This document shows positions 1 to 8,276 of a stretch of 25,700 nt of DNA, piece after piece. The translations under genes were made by a program, and so were the position numbers. The notes beneath the pieces were generated by a model. That model searched no databases and was not told where the DNA came from. It saw nothing but the letters and a program-made list of their open reading frames with translations. Source of the stretch: a virus (taxonomy: Duplodnaviria > Caudoviricetes); the IMG/VR virus record IMGVR_UViG_3300045016_000042, positions 1-25,700 of that record; one strand, 5' to 3'. Numbering within the stretch: the first letter of the stretch is position 1; each line of letters opens with the position of its first letter.

Positions 1-192
1 AGGGTGGTGCTTCAAGCCCCCCTCTCCCGGCGGACGGTCCCGGCTCCCGTGGAAGGGTCCGGGCGGCTCCTAGAGGAGTGGTGGATGCTGCCGGTGAGGG
101 AGGGTAGACCCCCCGCCCGGATACGGTTTGTTGACCGCCCCTTCGGCGGAGTGGGGGCGTGGGAGGAAGTGACCGGAAGGCGCACGATATAA
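1..192 (+). CDS. Probable 3' end of a gene entering the window (hypothetical protein)
   Basis: Frame is open from base 1 to TAA at 190-192. It contains the SRRTVP peptide seen in other + strand proteins here. Start not visible. Confidence 0.45.
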   Translation, partial: RVVLQAPLSRRTVPAPVEGSGRLLEEWWMLPVREGRPPARIRFVDRPFGGVGAWEEVTGRRTI

Positions 193-302
193 TGGGGTAT
201 TTCATTGGTATCGGGGGGATTGGTGAGGGATTGGGCTTCCTGATGGGGTGAAAACGCCGTGAGCTTGACTTTGGCCAATAGAATCAGGCCATTTCGCGCT
301 GT

Positions 303-352
303 AAAATAGTGAAATTTTTTTCTTTACGGACCAGTGGTCCGTTAGGTAGGAT
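303..352 (+). promoter_or_regulatory. Sigma70-type early promoter with AT-rich UP element and palindromic spacer
   Basis: AAAATAGTGAAATTTTTTT, then TTTACG (323-328)-N18-TAGGAT (347-352). Perfect inverted repeat ACGGACCA-G-TGGTCCGT at 326-342. Confidence 0.7.
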
Positions 353-410
353 AGGTGGTGATGAAGGCGGAAAAGGATCAACCCGAAACAACCAAGGAGA
401 CCCCGATGAA
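303..410 (+). repeat. 108-bp direct repeat, copy 1 (promoter-operator-RBS-ATG cassette)
   Basis: Identical to 4454-4561 except A330 versus G4481; offset 4151 bp. Confidence 0.97.
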
Positions 411-747
411 ACAGATCACGCGTCTCTCCCCCGACCAACTCCAGCGACTCAAGAGCCTCGTGGATGAAGCGATGCTCCAACAGTCACTGAGAAACGCGAG
501 AAACCGGAACCGCATCGCACGCCTCGTATTCAGCAACCCCAAATGGCGGTGGGTCGCCCTCTGGGAAACCGGAACGGTGAGGACGTGGTGGGACCCCCGG
601 ACCCGTAACTACATCACCGCCATCCGGGGCGAGATGGGAGAGGAGTTGGGGCAGGACTTCGAGGATGAGTGCTCCGACTGCTCCGATAGCGCGGCCATCC
701 GTCATCTCTGGTTTCTCAACCACCTGATCAACCGTATGGGAGAGTAG
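406..747 (+). CDS. Hypothetical early protein (113 aa)
   Basis: AAGGAG RBS before ATG 406. The upstream extension to 355 is promoter-repeat DNA. Confidence 0.8.
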   Translation: MKQITRLSPDQLQRLKSLVDEAMLQQSLRNARNRNRIARLVFSNPKWRWVALWETGTVRTWWDPRTRNYITAIRGEMGEELGQDFEDECSDCSDSAAIRHLWFLNHLINRMGE

Positions 748-749
748 CA

Positions 750-944
750 ATGAACGGCAATGGTCTCGACGCCCACACCTGGTTCAATTGGATGCGCAGA
801 GAGGAGTTGGTGAAGATGACCAAGCGCACCTACTCATGGGGAATCCTCGCCCACCAGGAAGCTCTCGCTGAGCTGAATGATCTCTACACGGAGTCCGCCC
901 CCGCCTTTGTCCAATACCTGGGCAAATGGGAGGAACCGGAATGA
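750..944 (+). CDS. Hypothetical protein (64 aa)
   Basis: GGAG RBS, 2-nt gap to the upstream gene, ATGA overlap with the next gene. Confidence 0.7.
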   Translation: MNGNGLDAHTWFNWMRREELVKMTKRTYSWGILAHQEALAELNDLYTESAPAFVQYLGKWEEPE

Positions 945-1576
945 GCATCAAACTCATCAACCGTACCCGACTCCCCGACAAAGCCCTCAAGGACGTTATC
1001 AAAGCCGCCCGGAGTGAGATCAAGGGGATTGACCGAAAGACTCCCGTCAGGGTGACCGTCTCCCAGGGGTCCGGCTTTGGGCCGGGATGCTCTGGGATGG
1101 CGTGGACTACCAAGATCACCCTCTGCGTACCCCGGTGCGCGAAGTCCGCTATGGAGACGGCGGAGAAGTTCTACTGGGTTGCGGCCCACGAGTGGTCCCA
1201 CATCCGTGACGCTCTGGATGCCCGCAAAGGGATTCACCGTCCTTGGTCCCCGGAAGTCAACGGGCGGAGAATCGCCCACGATGACCGGCTGGAGGAGAGA
1301 CGGGCTGACCATCTGGCCAGTGAAGCCCTGGAGAGGAGGGAGCGTCACGCCGACGCAATCATCACTCTTGCTCTTGCCTTTGAAGCTCTCTGGGCGGAGA
1401 GGAAGTTGGCCGAGCAACGGCGGGCAGATCGGATGAACGCGTTGTTCCAAGCCCACAAGGCCCAAGAAGCCAGAGAAGCCGCCCAGGACCGTCTCACCCG
1501 GCGGACGGTCCCGCTTCCAGAAGAGGCTCTCCAACCCGCAGCATCAACTCAAACCAATCCAACCAATCCGGTATAA
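941..1576 (+). CDS. Zincin-like (HExxH) metallopeptidase-domain protein with helical charged C-terminus
   Basis: AAHEWSH motif with downstream LEERRADHLA, a typical third-ligand helix. GGAGG RBS before ATG 941. Confidence 0.7.
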   Translation: MSIKLINRTRLPDKALKDVIKAARSEIKGIDRKTPVRVTVSQGSGFGPGCSGMAWTTKITLCVPRCAKSAMETAEKFYWVAAHEWSHIRDALDARKGIHRPWSPEVNGRRIAHDDRLEERRADHLASEALERRERHADAIITLALAFEALWAERKLAEQRRADRMNALFQAHKAQEAREAAQDRLTRRTVPLPEEALQPAASTQTNPTNPV

Positions 1577-1588
1577 AGGACAGGAGAC
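1570..1588 (+). promoter_or_regulatory. GGTATAAAGGACAGGAGAC motif (putative phage promoter -10 plus RBS)
   Basis: 18/19 identical to 20782-20800; both sit just upstream of an ATG. Confidence 0.55.
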
Positions 1589-1593
1589 GAACA

Positions 1594-1974
1594 ATGATCA
1601 ACTGCCTCAGTTACCTTCGGAGCCTCTCCAAAGAGGAGTCCATCCGGCTCCTCCGGTGCATCCGCCCGGATGTGCCCAAGTCTCTTCACAGCAGACACTC
1701 CGCCCAAGCCCTGATGGTAACTTGGGCGGAGGCGGATGCCGCGCCTCTACGAGAGGAGATTGAGCGGAGACTCCGCTTCAGACTCCCGATGCGCAGAGCC
1801 TCTGTGGACCGCTGGATGGACTTCTACACCAAGAGGATCAGCCAGCCCCTCTCCCCGGAGAAGGCGATGGAAACCCCAGACGTGAAAACAGCCGTCCGGG
1901 AGTTGAAGAAGGTGGAAGGCTGGATGCGCGAGATGGGGATGGAGATTCCCCCGGAAGGTCCGGTGACACAGTGA
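1594..1974 (+). CDS. Hypothetical protein (126 aa)
   Basis: AGGAG RBS; GTGA overlap with the next ORF. Confidence 0.75.
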   Translation: MINCLSYLRSLSKEESIRLLRCIRPDVPKSLHSRHSAQALMVTWAEADAAPLREEIERRLRFRLPMRRASVDRWMDFYTKRISQPLSPEKAMETPDVKTAVRELKKVEGWMREMGMEIPPEGPVTQ

Positions 1975-2279
1975 AGATCCATCGCGGCATTCACGTATTC
2001 GATTCCTCCTTGGAGTGGTTCAGGGAATCTCGCAAACACCCGGAGATGAGGCAGTCTTTCACCTGCCTCATTTACTGGCCCAAAGACAACGAACACTTCA
2101 ACGGAGAACCGGAGCACTGGAGCGTGGAGGTGATGGATCACTGTCACTTCTGCAACGTGTACCAACTGGAGCAGGGCATCCGTATCGCTGAAGCCATCCG
2201 AGACGGAAGGCTGAAGCCCGTTGCGGCCCAGCAGATCGGCGCCAACGACCAAGTCTTCCCCAACCCGCCGGAGAAGTAA
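1971..2279 (+). CDS. Hypothetical protein (102 aa)
   Basis: GTG start overlapping the upstream stop; tiles the operon. Confidence 0.7.
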   Translation: MKIHRGIHVFDSSLEWFRESRKHPEMRQSFTCLIYWPKDNEHFNGEPEHWSVEVMDHCHFCNVYQLEQGIRIAEAIRDGRLKPVAAQQIGANDQVFPNPPEK

Positions 2280-2280
2280 C

Positions 2281-2601
2281 GTGGACATCAACCAGTTCAA
2301 CCTTCTGACGGAAGGCAAGCAGCGGCGGTGGATCCGCCGCAACCCCGAGAAGGCGCAGGAAATGCGCCTCTGCGTGTCCCTCCACCGCCTGGGGGAAAGG
2401 GCATCCGTCGCAGATCGGGCAAAGGAGAGGGCTGTAGCACGCTCCCGCCACAACAACCACAAGCCTTCCGCCGGAGAAGTCCGCCACAAGCTCCTGATCA
2501 GGCAGCGGTTGTTCAGCTGCTCGCTGGCGGGGTGCTTCATCGCACTCTCCCAGTCCATCGTGGACGTTCACCACTTCAACCGGGAGAGGAGACTAGCGTG
2601 A
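2281..2601 (+). CDS. Hypothetical basic protein (106 aa)
   Basis: GTG 2281 preceded by GGAG, 1 nt after the upstream stop; GTGA overlap with the next gene. Confidence 0.6.
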   Translation: MDINQFNLLTEGKQRRWIRRNPEKAQEMRLCVSLHRLGERASVADRAKERAVARSRHNNHKPSAGEVRHKLLIRQRLFSCSLAGCFIALSQSIVDVHHFNRERRLA

Positions 2602-3530
2602 AAGAGAGATTCCAAGAAATCAACTTCGCCCCCTCCTCAATGATCCTCATCGAAAAGGCCAACGCCATCTTGGATGAGTATCAGCGTCAGGGATACCAAC
2701 TCACCCTCCGGCAGCTGTACTACCGTTTTGTTGCGGGCGACTTGCTGCCGGAGGAATGGGCGGACCGCAAGACAGGCTCCAAGAACAACGAGGGGTCATA
2801 CAAGAAGTTGGGTGAGGTCATCTCCCGCGCACGGCTGGCGGGACTCATCGACTGGGACGTGCTGGAGGACCGGACACGCAGCCTGCGCGAGAACAACCAC
2901 TGGGATCATCCGGCGGACATCATCAACGCCGCCATCAGCCAGTATCGTAGGGATTTGCGCCAAGGCCAAGCCGTTCGCCCGGAAGTCTGGGTGGAGAAGG
3001 ATGCACTGGTGGACGTGGTGGGCAGACCCTGCCGTGCTCTGGATGTTCCCTACTTCAGCTGCCGAGGATACGTCAGCAGCAGCACGTTGTATGAAGCGGC
3101 TCAGCGCTTCCTACAGTATCTGGAGGACGGGGCGGAGGAAGTGCGGGTCATCCATCTGGGCGATCACGACCCGTCCGGGATTGATATGACCCGAGATGTC
3201 TTGGAGCGGGTGGAGTTGTTCTTGAAGGGGAAGGCTCCCCGACTGACCGTCAAGAGAATCGCCCTCAACCACGACCAGGTTCTCCAATACAACCCGCCCC
3301 CGGCTCCGGCCAAGATCACGGATACCAGAGCCGCAGACTACATCGCCCAATTCGGGGATGACTGCTGGGAGTTGGACGCGCTGGAGCCCAAGACCATCGA
3401 CGCCTTGGTGCGAAGGGCGGTGGAGGAAGTCACGGACCCGGACCCGTGGAATGCGGCCATGGCGAAGCAAACGGAGGAGAGAGCCGCCCTGGAGAAGGTC
3501 CGGGATGAGCTCAAGAAGGGGTTGGTGTAG
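2598..3530 (+). CDS. Topoisomerase VI subunit A/Spo11-like winged-helix + Toprim protein (Mini-A-like)
   Basis: LTLRQLYY (candidate catalytic Tyr), Toprim VWVEKDAL and LGDHDPSG (DxD), plus RIALN and WELDAL. GTG start at 2598 after GAGGAG. Confidence 0.8.
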   Translation: MKERFQEINFAPSSMILIEKANAILDEYQRQGYQLTLRQLYYRFVAGDLLPEEWADRKTGSKNNEGSYKKLGEVISRARLAGLIDWDVLEDRTRSLRENNHWDHPADIINAAISQYRRDLRQGQAVRPEVWVEKDALVDVVGRPCRALDVPYFSCRGYVSSSTLYEAAQRFLQYLEDGAEEVRVIHLGDHDPSGIDMTRDVLERVELFLKGKAPRLTVKRIALNHDQVLQYNPPPAPAKITDTRAADYIAQFGDDCWELDALEPKTIDALVRRAVEEVTDPDPWNAAMAKQTEERAALEKVRDELKKGLV

Positions 3531-3531
3531 C

Positions 3532-4074
3532 ATGTGGGTGTTCTCTGAGATCGGATTCTTCAGCACGGTGCAGCACGACAAGTACCAGAACTCAGTGCTG
3601 GTGCGGGCGAGATACCGTGGAGACCTGGAGAGGCTGCGCGAACGTCTGATGAAGGACAAGGGAGCGGGATTGGGGATGCTTCTCTATCCTCTCACCATCC
3701 ACGACACTCCAAGTGCTGACTACCCGTACAGGATGCGCATGCCGAAGTGGGCCTGGGCCAGGGCGGTGGAGATGATGGGGAGGGAGATCAGCTACACCAA
3801 CTTCAAGAGCCACTGCCATAAGTCTCTCCCGATTCCGGCATCTCGTCACGTGAGGCTGATGAACGTCTGGGGCGCGATGCGGGGGGAAATGGAGGAGACG
3901 GATTGGGAGTGGGTCAACAAGCTCCGGCCGCAAGGCAATCCCAATCTCCCTCGTTGTGTGCGGTGCGGGAAGCCGCCGGACCACCCCGACCACCCGTTCA
4001 AGCACCTATACGTCATCCCCACCAAGACCGAAAGACCACGCCGGAGCCGCCGACTGAAAGGAGGGTGCTCGTGA
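3532..4074 (+). CDS. Conserved phage hypothetical protein with possible C-terminal CxxC...H..H zinc site
   Basis: MWVFSEIGFFSTV, LVRAR, DYPYR and YTNFK blocks resemble a recurrent phage family. CVRC...HPDH near the C-terminus. ATG 1 nt after the upstream stop. Confidence 0.7.
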   Translation: MWVFSEIGFFSTVQHDKYQNSVLVRARYRGDLERLRERLMKDKGAGLGMLLYPLTIHDTPSADYPYRMRMPKWAWARAVEMMGREISYTNFKSHCHKSLPIPASRHVRLMNVWGAMRGEMEETDWEWVNKLRPQGNPNLPRCVRCGKPPDHPDHPFKHLYVIPTKTERPRRSRRLKGGCS

Positions 4075-4460
4075 CCAACTCCATCTCAATCCTCCTCTGC
4101 GCGATGGCGATGACGGAGTCGGGGCTAGACCCCCGCGCATACAACCACCGGGAGCGTGCGGTGGGGATGTTCCAAATCCGCCCAGCCGCCGTCGTGGATA
4201 TCAACCGCCACTTCGGGACTTCCTACAGGCTCTGGGACTTCCGGGACTCCACGCTATCGGCCTGGGCGGTGAGGGCGTATGCCCACATCTACGGGGCCCA
4301 GACCCCAGAGGCTATCGCCCGCACCTGGAACGGCGGACCCGATGGCGCGGGAGAGGCTTCCACGAGGGGGTACTGGCGAAAAGTGAAGCAGGCTATGGTC
4401 GAAATTGACCCCAAGTCAACTTCGATGAATAGACAATGGGGGTTTCGTACCAAAAAATAG
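4071..4460 (+). CDS. Lysozyme-like / lytic transglycosylase-fold protein (129 aa)
   Basis: AMAMTESG (catalytic ES), GMFQI, ARTWNGGP and YW.KV motifs. GTG start after AGGAGG. Confidence 0.8.
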   Translation: MTNSISILLCAMAMTESGLDPRAYNHRERAVGMFQIRPAAVVDINRHFGTSYRLWDFRDSTLSAWAVRAYAHIYGAQTPEAIARTWNGGPDGAGEASTRGYWRKVKQAMVEIDPKSTSMNRQWGFRTKK

Positions 4461-4561
4461 TGAAATTTTTTTCTTTACGGGCCAGTGGTCCGTTAGGTAG
4501 GATAGGTGGTGATGAAGGCGGAAAAGGATCAACCCGAAACAACCAAGGAGACCCCGATGAA
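4454..4561 (+). repeat. 108-bp direct repeat, copy 2 (promoter-operator-RBS-ATG cassette)
   Basis: One mismatch to 303-410. TTTACG 4474-4479, TAGGAT 4498-4503, ATG 4557. It also supplies the TAG stop (4458-4460) of the upstream gene. Confidence 0.97.
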
Positions 4562-5294
4562 CAAGACCCCGTACGCAGTCGAAGACTTGGCCAACGCGTT
4601 GGCCATCGCCAGCGGCAGGCCGGGACCGGCCACCTGGAACGGATACCTGCGCATCCTCAAGAACACCAAGGGAAGCGTCATCAACGAGACGGCGCAGACC
4701 TTCTCCCGGTTCTCAGACGACATCAACCGGGGGCTTCAGTTCCTCTACGGGAGCGGGACCACCATCCAGCTTCCTCTCCCCGCCAACCAGACTCCGAATG
4801 AGCTGCAGACGATGCTGCTGACCATGGACTACGACAAGCTGGAGTGGCACCAGAAGCCGAGACTGAGTGAGACCCTTCGGAGGATGCTCCAGCCGGGGGA
4901 GAAGATGGTGAAGGTGTTTCACCACCACTGGGGAGACCCGACCATCCAAGGGGAATGGACGGTCTCCAGGGTTCTGGGCACGCGCATCGCCCTGAAGTTC
5001 AAAGAGGACGATGAGCAGGAAAGCCAGAACGTGAAGTTCACCGGGGAGTCCTTCCAAGGCTCCAGTTGTGATACGTGGTACGCAGCCAATGATCCCTACC
5101 TCAAGGTGGTGAAGAGGGGGGAGAACGGGCGGCGCATCGTGGGGAAGATCAAGACGGAAGTGGAAGCCGTGCTGGAGAAGCTCGCTGGCTCCCGGAGGGA
5201 AGACTACAAGAGCCTTCTGGCGGAGCTCAAGAAGGTCGTGGACAACTACGGGGGGAACGCGGGACTGTGCGCCCCTGACCCCGAGACTCTGTAA
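4557..5294 (+). CDS. Hypothetical early protein (245 aa)
   Basis: AAGGAG RBS in the repeat; long ORF. Confidence 0.85.
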   Translation: MNKTPYAVEDLANALAIASGRPGPATWNGYLRILKNTKGSVINETAQTFSRFSDDINRGLQFLYGSGTTIQLPLPANQTPNELQTMLLTMDYDKLEWHQKPRLSETLRRMLQPGEKMVKVFHHHWGDPTIQGEWTVSRVLGTRIALKFKEDDEQESQNVKFTGESFQGSSCDTWYAANDPYLKVVKRGENGRRIVGKIKTEVEAVLEKLAGSRREDYKSLLAELKKVVDNYGGNAGLCAPDPETL

Positions 5295-5309
5295 ACGTAC
5301 AACAGCAAA

Positions 5310-5335
5310 CGAAACAACCAAGGAGACTCCGATGA
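5310..5335 (+). repeat. Third, partial copy of the cassette (translation-initiation part only)
   Basis: CGAAACAACCAAGGAGACTCCGATGA, 25/26 identical to 384-409. Confidence 0.9.
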
Positions 5336-6171
5336 GCAAGCTGCACGAAACGATCAAGGTGGGAACGGTATTCAAGGTCCACTCCTACTCCGTTGAGCTG
5401 GACCCGGACCTGGTGCCGAAGCGCGAGGACGGGAAGCGGGGGAATACGCACGCCGCCGTCTACAGCGCCTATCTGGTGACTGAGATCAAGGAATCCAGGA
5501 CGTCACTGAAAGCCGTCCGCATCGTAGATGCCTACAACCCGGAGTCCCGCCGGGTAGGAGAGAACCCCACCACATGGATGGATAACGGGTACAGCTATAT
5601 GCGGGGCGGGAAGTTCACCGTGAGGAGGATGCACGGCGGCTCCTCCACCGGGTACTGCCTGGAGGATTCGGAGACGGTGGAGCAGGTCGTGGCGAACGAT
5701 GTGAAGGCCATCGCTGATGCTGCAGCCTACCTGGAGAAGAAGGAAGCCGCGTTCAATTCCAAAGTGATGGACTTCTGGAACAAGCACGGGAAGGCTCTGT
5801 GGGAGTCCGCCGCCCCGATCCAGGTGTGCGGGATGGACTGCCTGCTCATCTCCGGGGACAACCCCGAGTGGATCGGCAATCAGCAGACCCAAGACGCCTC
5901 CGGGAATCCGATTGAAGTCCCGGTGACGATCAAGACCCGGTGGCAGATGACCGTCCAGTTCTTCCCGCCGGAGAAGCGGGAGTGCGACTGGCATAAGGAA
6001 TACCGCATCAAGGTTCTGAGCGGGGTCCGCCGGGTGAGCCGGGTTTCCGCCGACCATCCCGAGTTGAACCGGGATGAGTTGACAACGGGATACCAGCAGA
6101 CCGTGGATGGCGAGACACTGGAGGAGGCGGTGTACTCCCTCCTCCTGTCTGCGGTGCGGCAGGAGTGGTAA
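5332..6171 (+). CDS. Hypothetical early protein (279 aa)
   Basis: AAGGAG RBS; long ORF; no recognisable motif. Confidence 0.85.
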   Translation: MSKLHETIKVGTVFKVHSYSVELDPDLVPKREDGKRGNTHAAVYSAYLVTEIKESRTSLKAVRIVDAYNPESRRVGENPTTWMDNGYSYMRGGKFTVRRMHGGSSTGYCLEDSETVEQVVANDVKAIADAAAYLEKKEAAFNSKVMDFWNKHGKALWESAAPIQVCGMDCLLISGDNPEWIGNQQTQDASGNPIEVPVTIKTRWQMTVQFFPPEKRECDWHKEYRIKVLSGVRRVSRVSADHPELNRDELTTGYQQTVDGETLEEAVYSLLLSAVRQEW

Positions 6172-6184
6172 GGGCTGACTAGGA

Positions 6185-6421
6185 ATGCCGAGGATCAACG
6201 CCGTGAACTGGAACTGGAAGAGGATATGGGGGCAGGTGAAAGAGCAGCGTATGAGCGCCACGCTCACGACTTCCCCCGACCGTATCACCCTCTCCCGTTC
6301 TGGACACCACGTCCTCTCCCTGAAGAACACGCCGGAGAATGAACACCACGTCCGTGCGCTGGCTTTGGGGAGAGGATACCGGATCACAAGGGAACGGTCC
6401 CTCACTCTTGGGAGTGATTAG
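6185..6421 (+). CDS. Hypothetical protein (78 aa)
   Basis: Fills the gap between two genes; RBS weak. Confidence 0.5.
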   Translation: MPRINAVNWNWKRIWGQVKEQRMSATLTTSPDRITLSRSGHHVLSLKNTPENEHHVRALALGRGYRITRERSLTLGSD

Positions 6422-6425
6422 GGAC

Positions 6426-6455
6426 TTTACGGAACAAGGGTCAATAAGGTAGAAG
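6426..6455 (+). promoter_or_regulatory. Putative promoter TTTACG-N18-TAGAAG
   Basis: Same -35 hexamer and GG-extended -10 as the promoters at 323, 4474 and 14129; intergenic. Confidence 0.55.
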
Positions 6456-6477
6456 GACAACAAGCAGGAGACGGGCA

Positions 6478-7470
6478 ATGGCAGCAGGAATCCTCGAACA
6501 CGACGCAGGAGTCATCTGGGGCGATACCTGGCACAAGAATCCACGCTACATCACGCAGGACCGGCCCCTGACCATCACGCAGGTTCTGGAAGTCTTCAAC
6601 TGGGACATTGACAAAGTCCCGCTGTTCTTCCAAGACCACCGACCGGGAGCCAGACGCACGACCTTCCCGGTGAAGGCCTGGGCGCTGTTGCGCCGGGATA
6701 CTCGTCACGTGCTGGTGCACCACGTGGGGGAGGGCTATGTGGCGGAGAGCAACCGCCTCATGGCCAACTTCCTGAACGAGAATCTGCTGGCGGTGTTTCC
6801 CGACCTGGTGATTGAGGGAGCGGGAACACTGTGGAACAACCAGACGGCTTTCATCAACCTGAGGACCAAGGAGTTCCAGATCAAGGGGGACAAATCCCCC
6901 TCCTACTCACGGATGATGTACGCCAACCCCCTGGGCAGCGGAGCCTACCGGGCGTGCGTGCACAACGTGCGGGTGGTCTGCAACAACACCCTCCGGGCGG
7001 CGGAATCGGAGGGCGTTGCCAACCAGTCCCTCCGCAAGTGGGCCCACGTAGGGAACGTGACCAAGAAGGTGGATGAGTACTGCCAGGAGATGGCGGGGAC
7101 TCTGATGGGGCTGAAGGCCCAGGAGGAACTGCTCAACCACCTGGCGGGACTCCCGATGACGGACGTGGAAGTGGAGAAGGTTCTTGCCTTCACCTTCCCC
7201 GTCCTCAAGACGGACGGGGAGCGCAAGCGGGAGATCATCGACGCACGGAGAGCCGCCGTGCGCAACCAGTTCAACTCCGATCAGGGGCTAGACCTGGCCA
7301 CCGCTCACTCCCGATACGGTCTGCTCAACGCCATCACCTTCGTCATCGACCACGAGCGCACCCGCCAAGACCCCGCCCGATTCCACTGGGACACGGTGAC
7401 CGGCGGACGGGCGGACCTCAAGACGGAAGTGCTGGACTTCCTTAGCACCCCGTACTTGGTTGCCGCCTGA
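6478..7470 (+). CDS. DUF932/DUF945 family phage/plasmid protein
   Basis: N-terminal WH, VGEGY...N, GTL...AFI and the signature VRVVCNNTL. AGGAG RBS. Confidence 0.85.
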   Translation: MAAGILEHDAGVIWGDTWHKNPRYITQDRPLTITQVLEVFNWDIDKVPLFFQDHRPGARRTTFPVKAWALLRRDTRHVLVHHVGEGYVAESNRLMANFLNENLLAVFPDLVIEGAGTLWNNQTAFINLRTKEFQIKGDKSPSYSRMMYANPLGSGAYRACVHNVRVVCNNTLRAAESEGVANQSLRKWAHVGNVTKKVDEYCQEMAGTLMGLKAQEELLNHLAGLPMTDVEVEKVLAFTFPVLKTDGERKREIIDARRAAVRNQFNSDQGLDLATAHSRYGLLNAITFVIDHERTRQDPARFHWDTVTGGRADLKTEVLDFLSTPYLVAA

Positions 7471-7482
7471 TGACTAGGAATG

Positions 7483-7511
7483 CCCCGGCTGGGGGCGGAC
7501 CCCAGCCGGGG
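7483..7511. other. Perfect 12-bp GC-rich stem-loop, intergenic, no U tract
   Basis: CCCCGGCTGGGG-GCGGA-CCCCAGCCGGGG, 12 nt after the DUF932 stop. Confidence 0.8.
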
Positions 7512-7531
7512 GTAGGAAGGAAGCCCCGAGA

Positions 7532-7720
7532 ATGAACACCAAAGAGAAAAGACTACCGGCAAGCCGGGAGTGTAGCCTGATGATCCAGGGCTTCCCCCGA
7601 GACTTGAAGAACCAATTTGCCGCCTTCTGCAAGGTTCATAATCGGACCTTGAAGGAGGGCGCGATGGTCCTATTCCAAATGGCGGTGGAGCTCAAGGTCA
7701 ACCCCTTTCAGGAGAGTTGA
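7532..7720 (+). CDS. Ribbon-helix-helix (Arc/CopG-like) DNA-binding protein
   Basis: 62 aa; SLMIQGFPRDLKNQFAAFCKVHNRTLKEGAMVLF fits the strand-helix-helix pattern. Confidence 0.7.
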   Translation: MNTKEKRLPASRECSLMIQGFPRDLKNQFAAFCKVHNRTLKEGAMVLFQMAVELKVNPFQES

Positions 7721-7721
7721 A

Positions 7722-8276
7722 ATGCGTCGCAGTCAGGTGATGAAGCTGTACCAAGACTACAAACAGCGCATCGATGCAATCTCCCAGCAGCAAGCCTCCA
7801 AGTGGAACCGGGACAGCAAGGACATCCGGGTGGAAGTGATCCACGCCTTCATCGTGGCGTGCGATACCTGGAGAGAGGACGGGGGAGCCAACTTCAACAC
7901 TTGGTTCAACTCTATCCTCCACAACACCATCCTCAAATACGTTGCACGCCACGACATCCCCCCACCCTTCTTCTCTCCAGCACACGAAGAGGACGCAGAT
8001 ACCCCAATCCAGTATGAAGGGGAGAGCCGCCACGGGGAGTTCAACCCGGCGGTGATGGCGGAGTTCCGAGATGAGCTGGAACATCTGTCCGATGACGCGC
8101 AGATGATCGTGACTACAATCCTCAATCACCCCAACGACTTCCTCAAGTCATCCCGCCACGATCTTCCCCCCAACAAGATCAGAGGCGCGCTCAAGCGCTG
8201 GCTGATGCACGACCAACAGTGGTCTGGTCCAAGGGTATACAACGCCTTCCGGGAGTTGAGGGAACTAGCACTTTGA
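7722..8276 (+). CDS. Phage sigma-factor-like protein
   Basis: AFIVACDTWREDGGANFNTWFNSILHNTILKY resembles sigma70 region 2. LEHLSDDAQMIV resembles the start of region 4. GGAG RBS. Confidence 0.65.
   Translation: MRRSQVMKLYQDYKQRIDAISQQQASKWNRDSKDIRVEVIHAFIVACDTWREDGGANFNTWFNSILHNTILKYVARHDIPPPFFSPAHEEDADTPIQYEGESRHGEFNPAVMAEFRDELEHLSDDAQMIVTTILNHPNDFLKSSRHDLPPNKIRGALKRWLMHDQQWSGPRVYNAFRELRELAL

Noticed and set aside
355-405. Identical N-terminal peptide MVMKAEKDQPETTKETP on ORFs 355 and 4506
   Set aside because: It is a translation of the repeated leader DNA. The AAGGAG RBS places the real starts at 406 and 4557.
12-480. - strand ORFs 12-278 and 202-480 as divergent genes
   Set aside because: No motifs or convincing RBS, and one crosses the promoter repeat. 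ORF 12-278 cannot be fully excluded.
1552-1569. 9-bp tandem duplication AACCAATCC x2
   Set aside because: A short in-frame slippage duplication in a disordered tail, with no evidence of function.
303-5335. Repeats as a CRISPR array, att sites or transposon ends
   Set aside because: Spacing is kilobases, the copies contain promoter and RBS elements, and no integrase, transposase or cas gene is present in the window.
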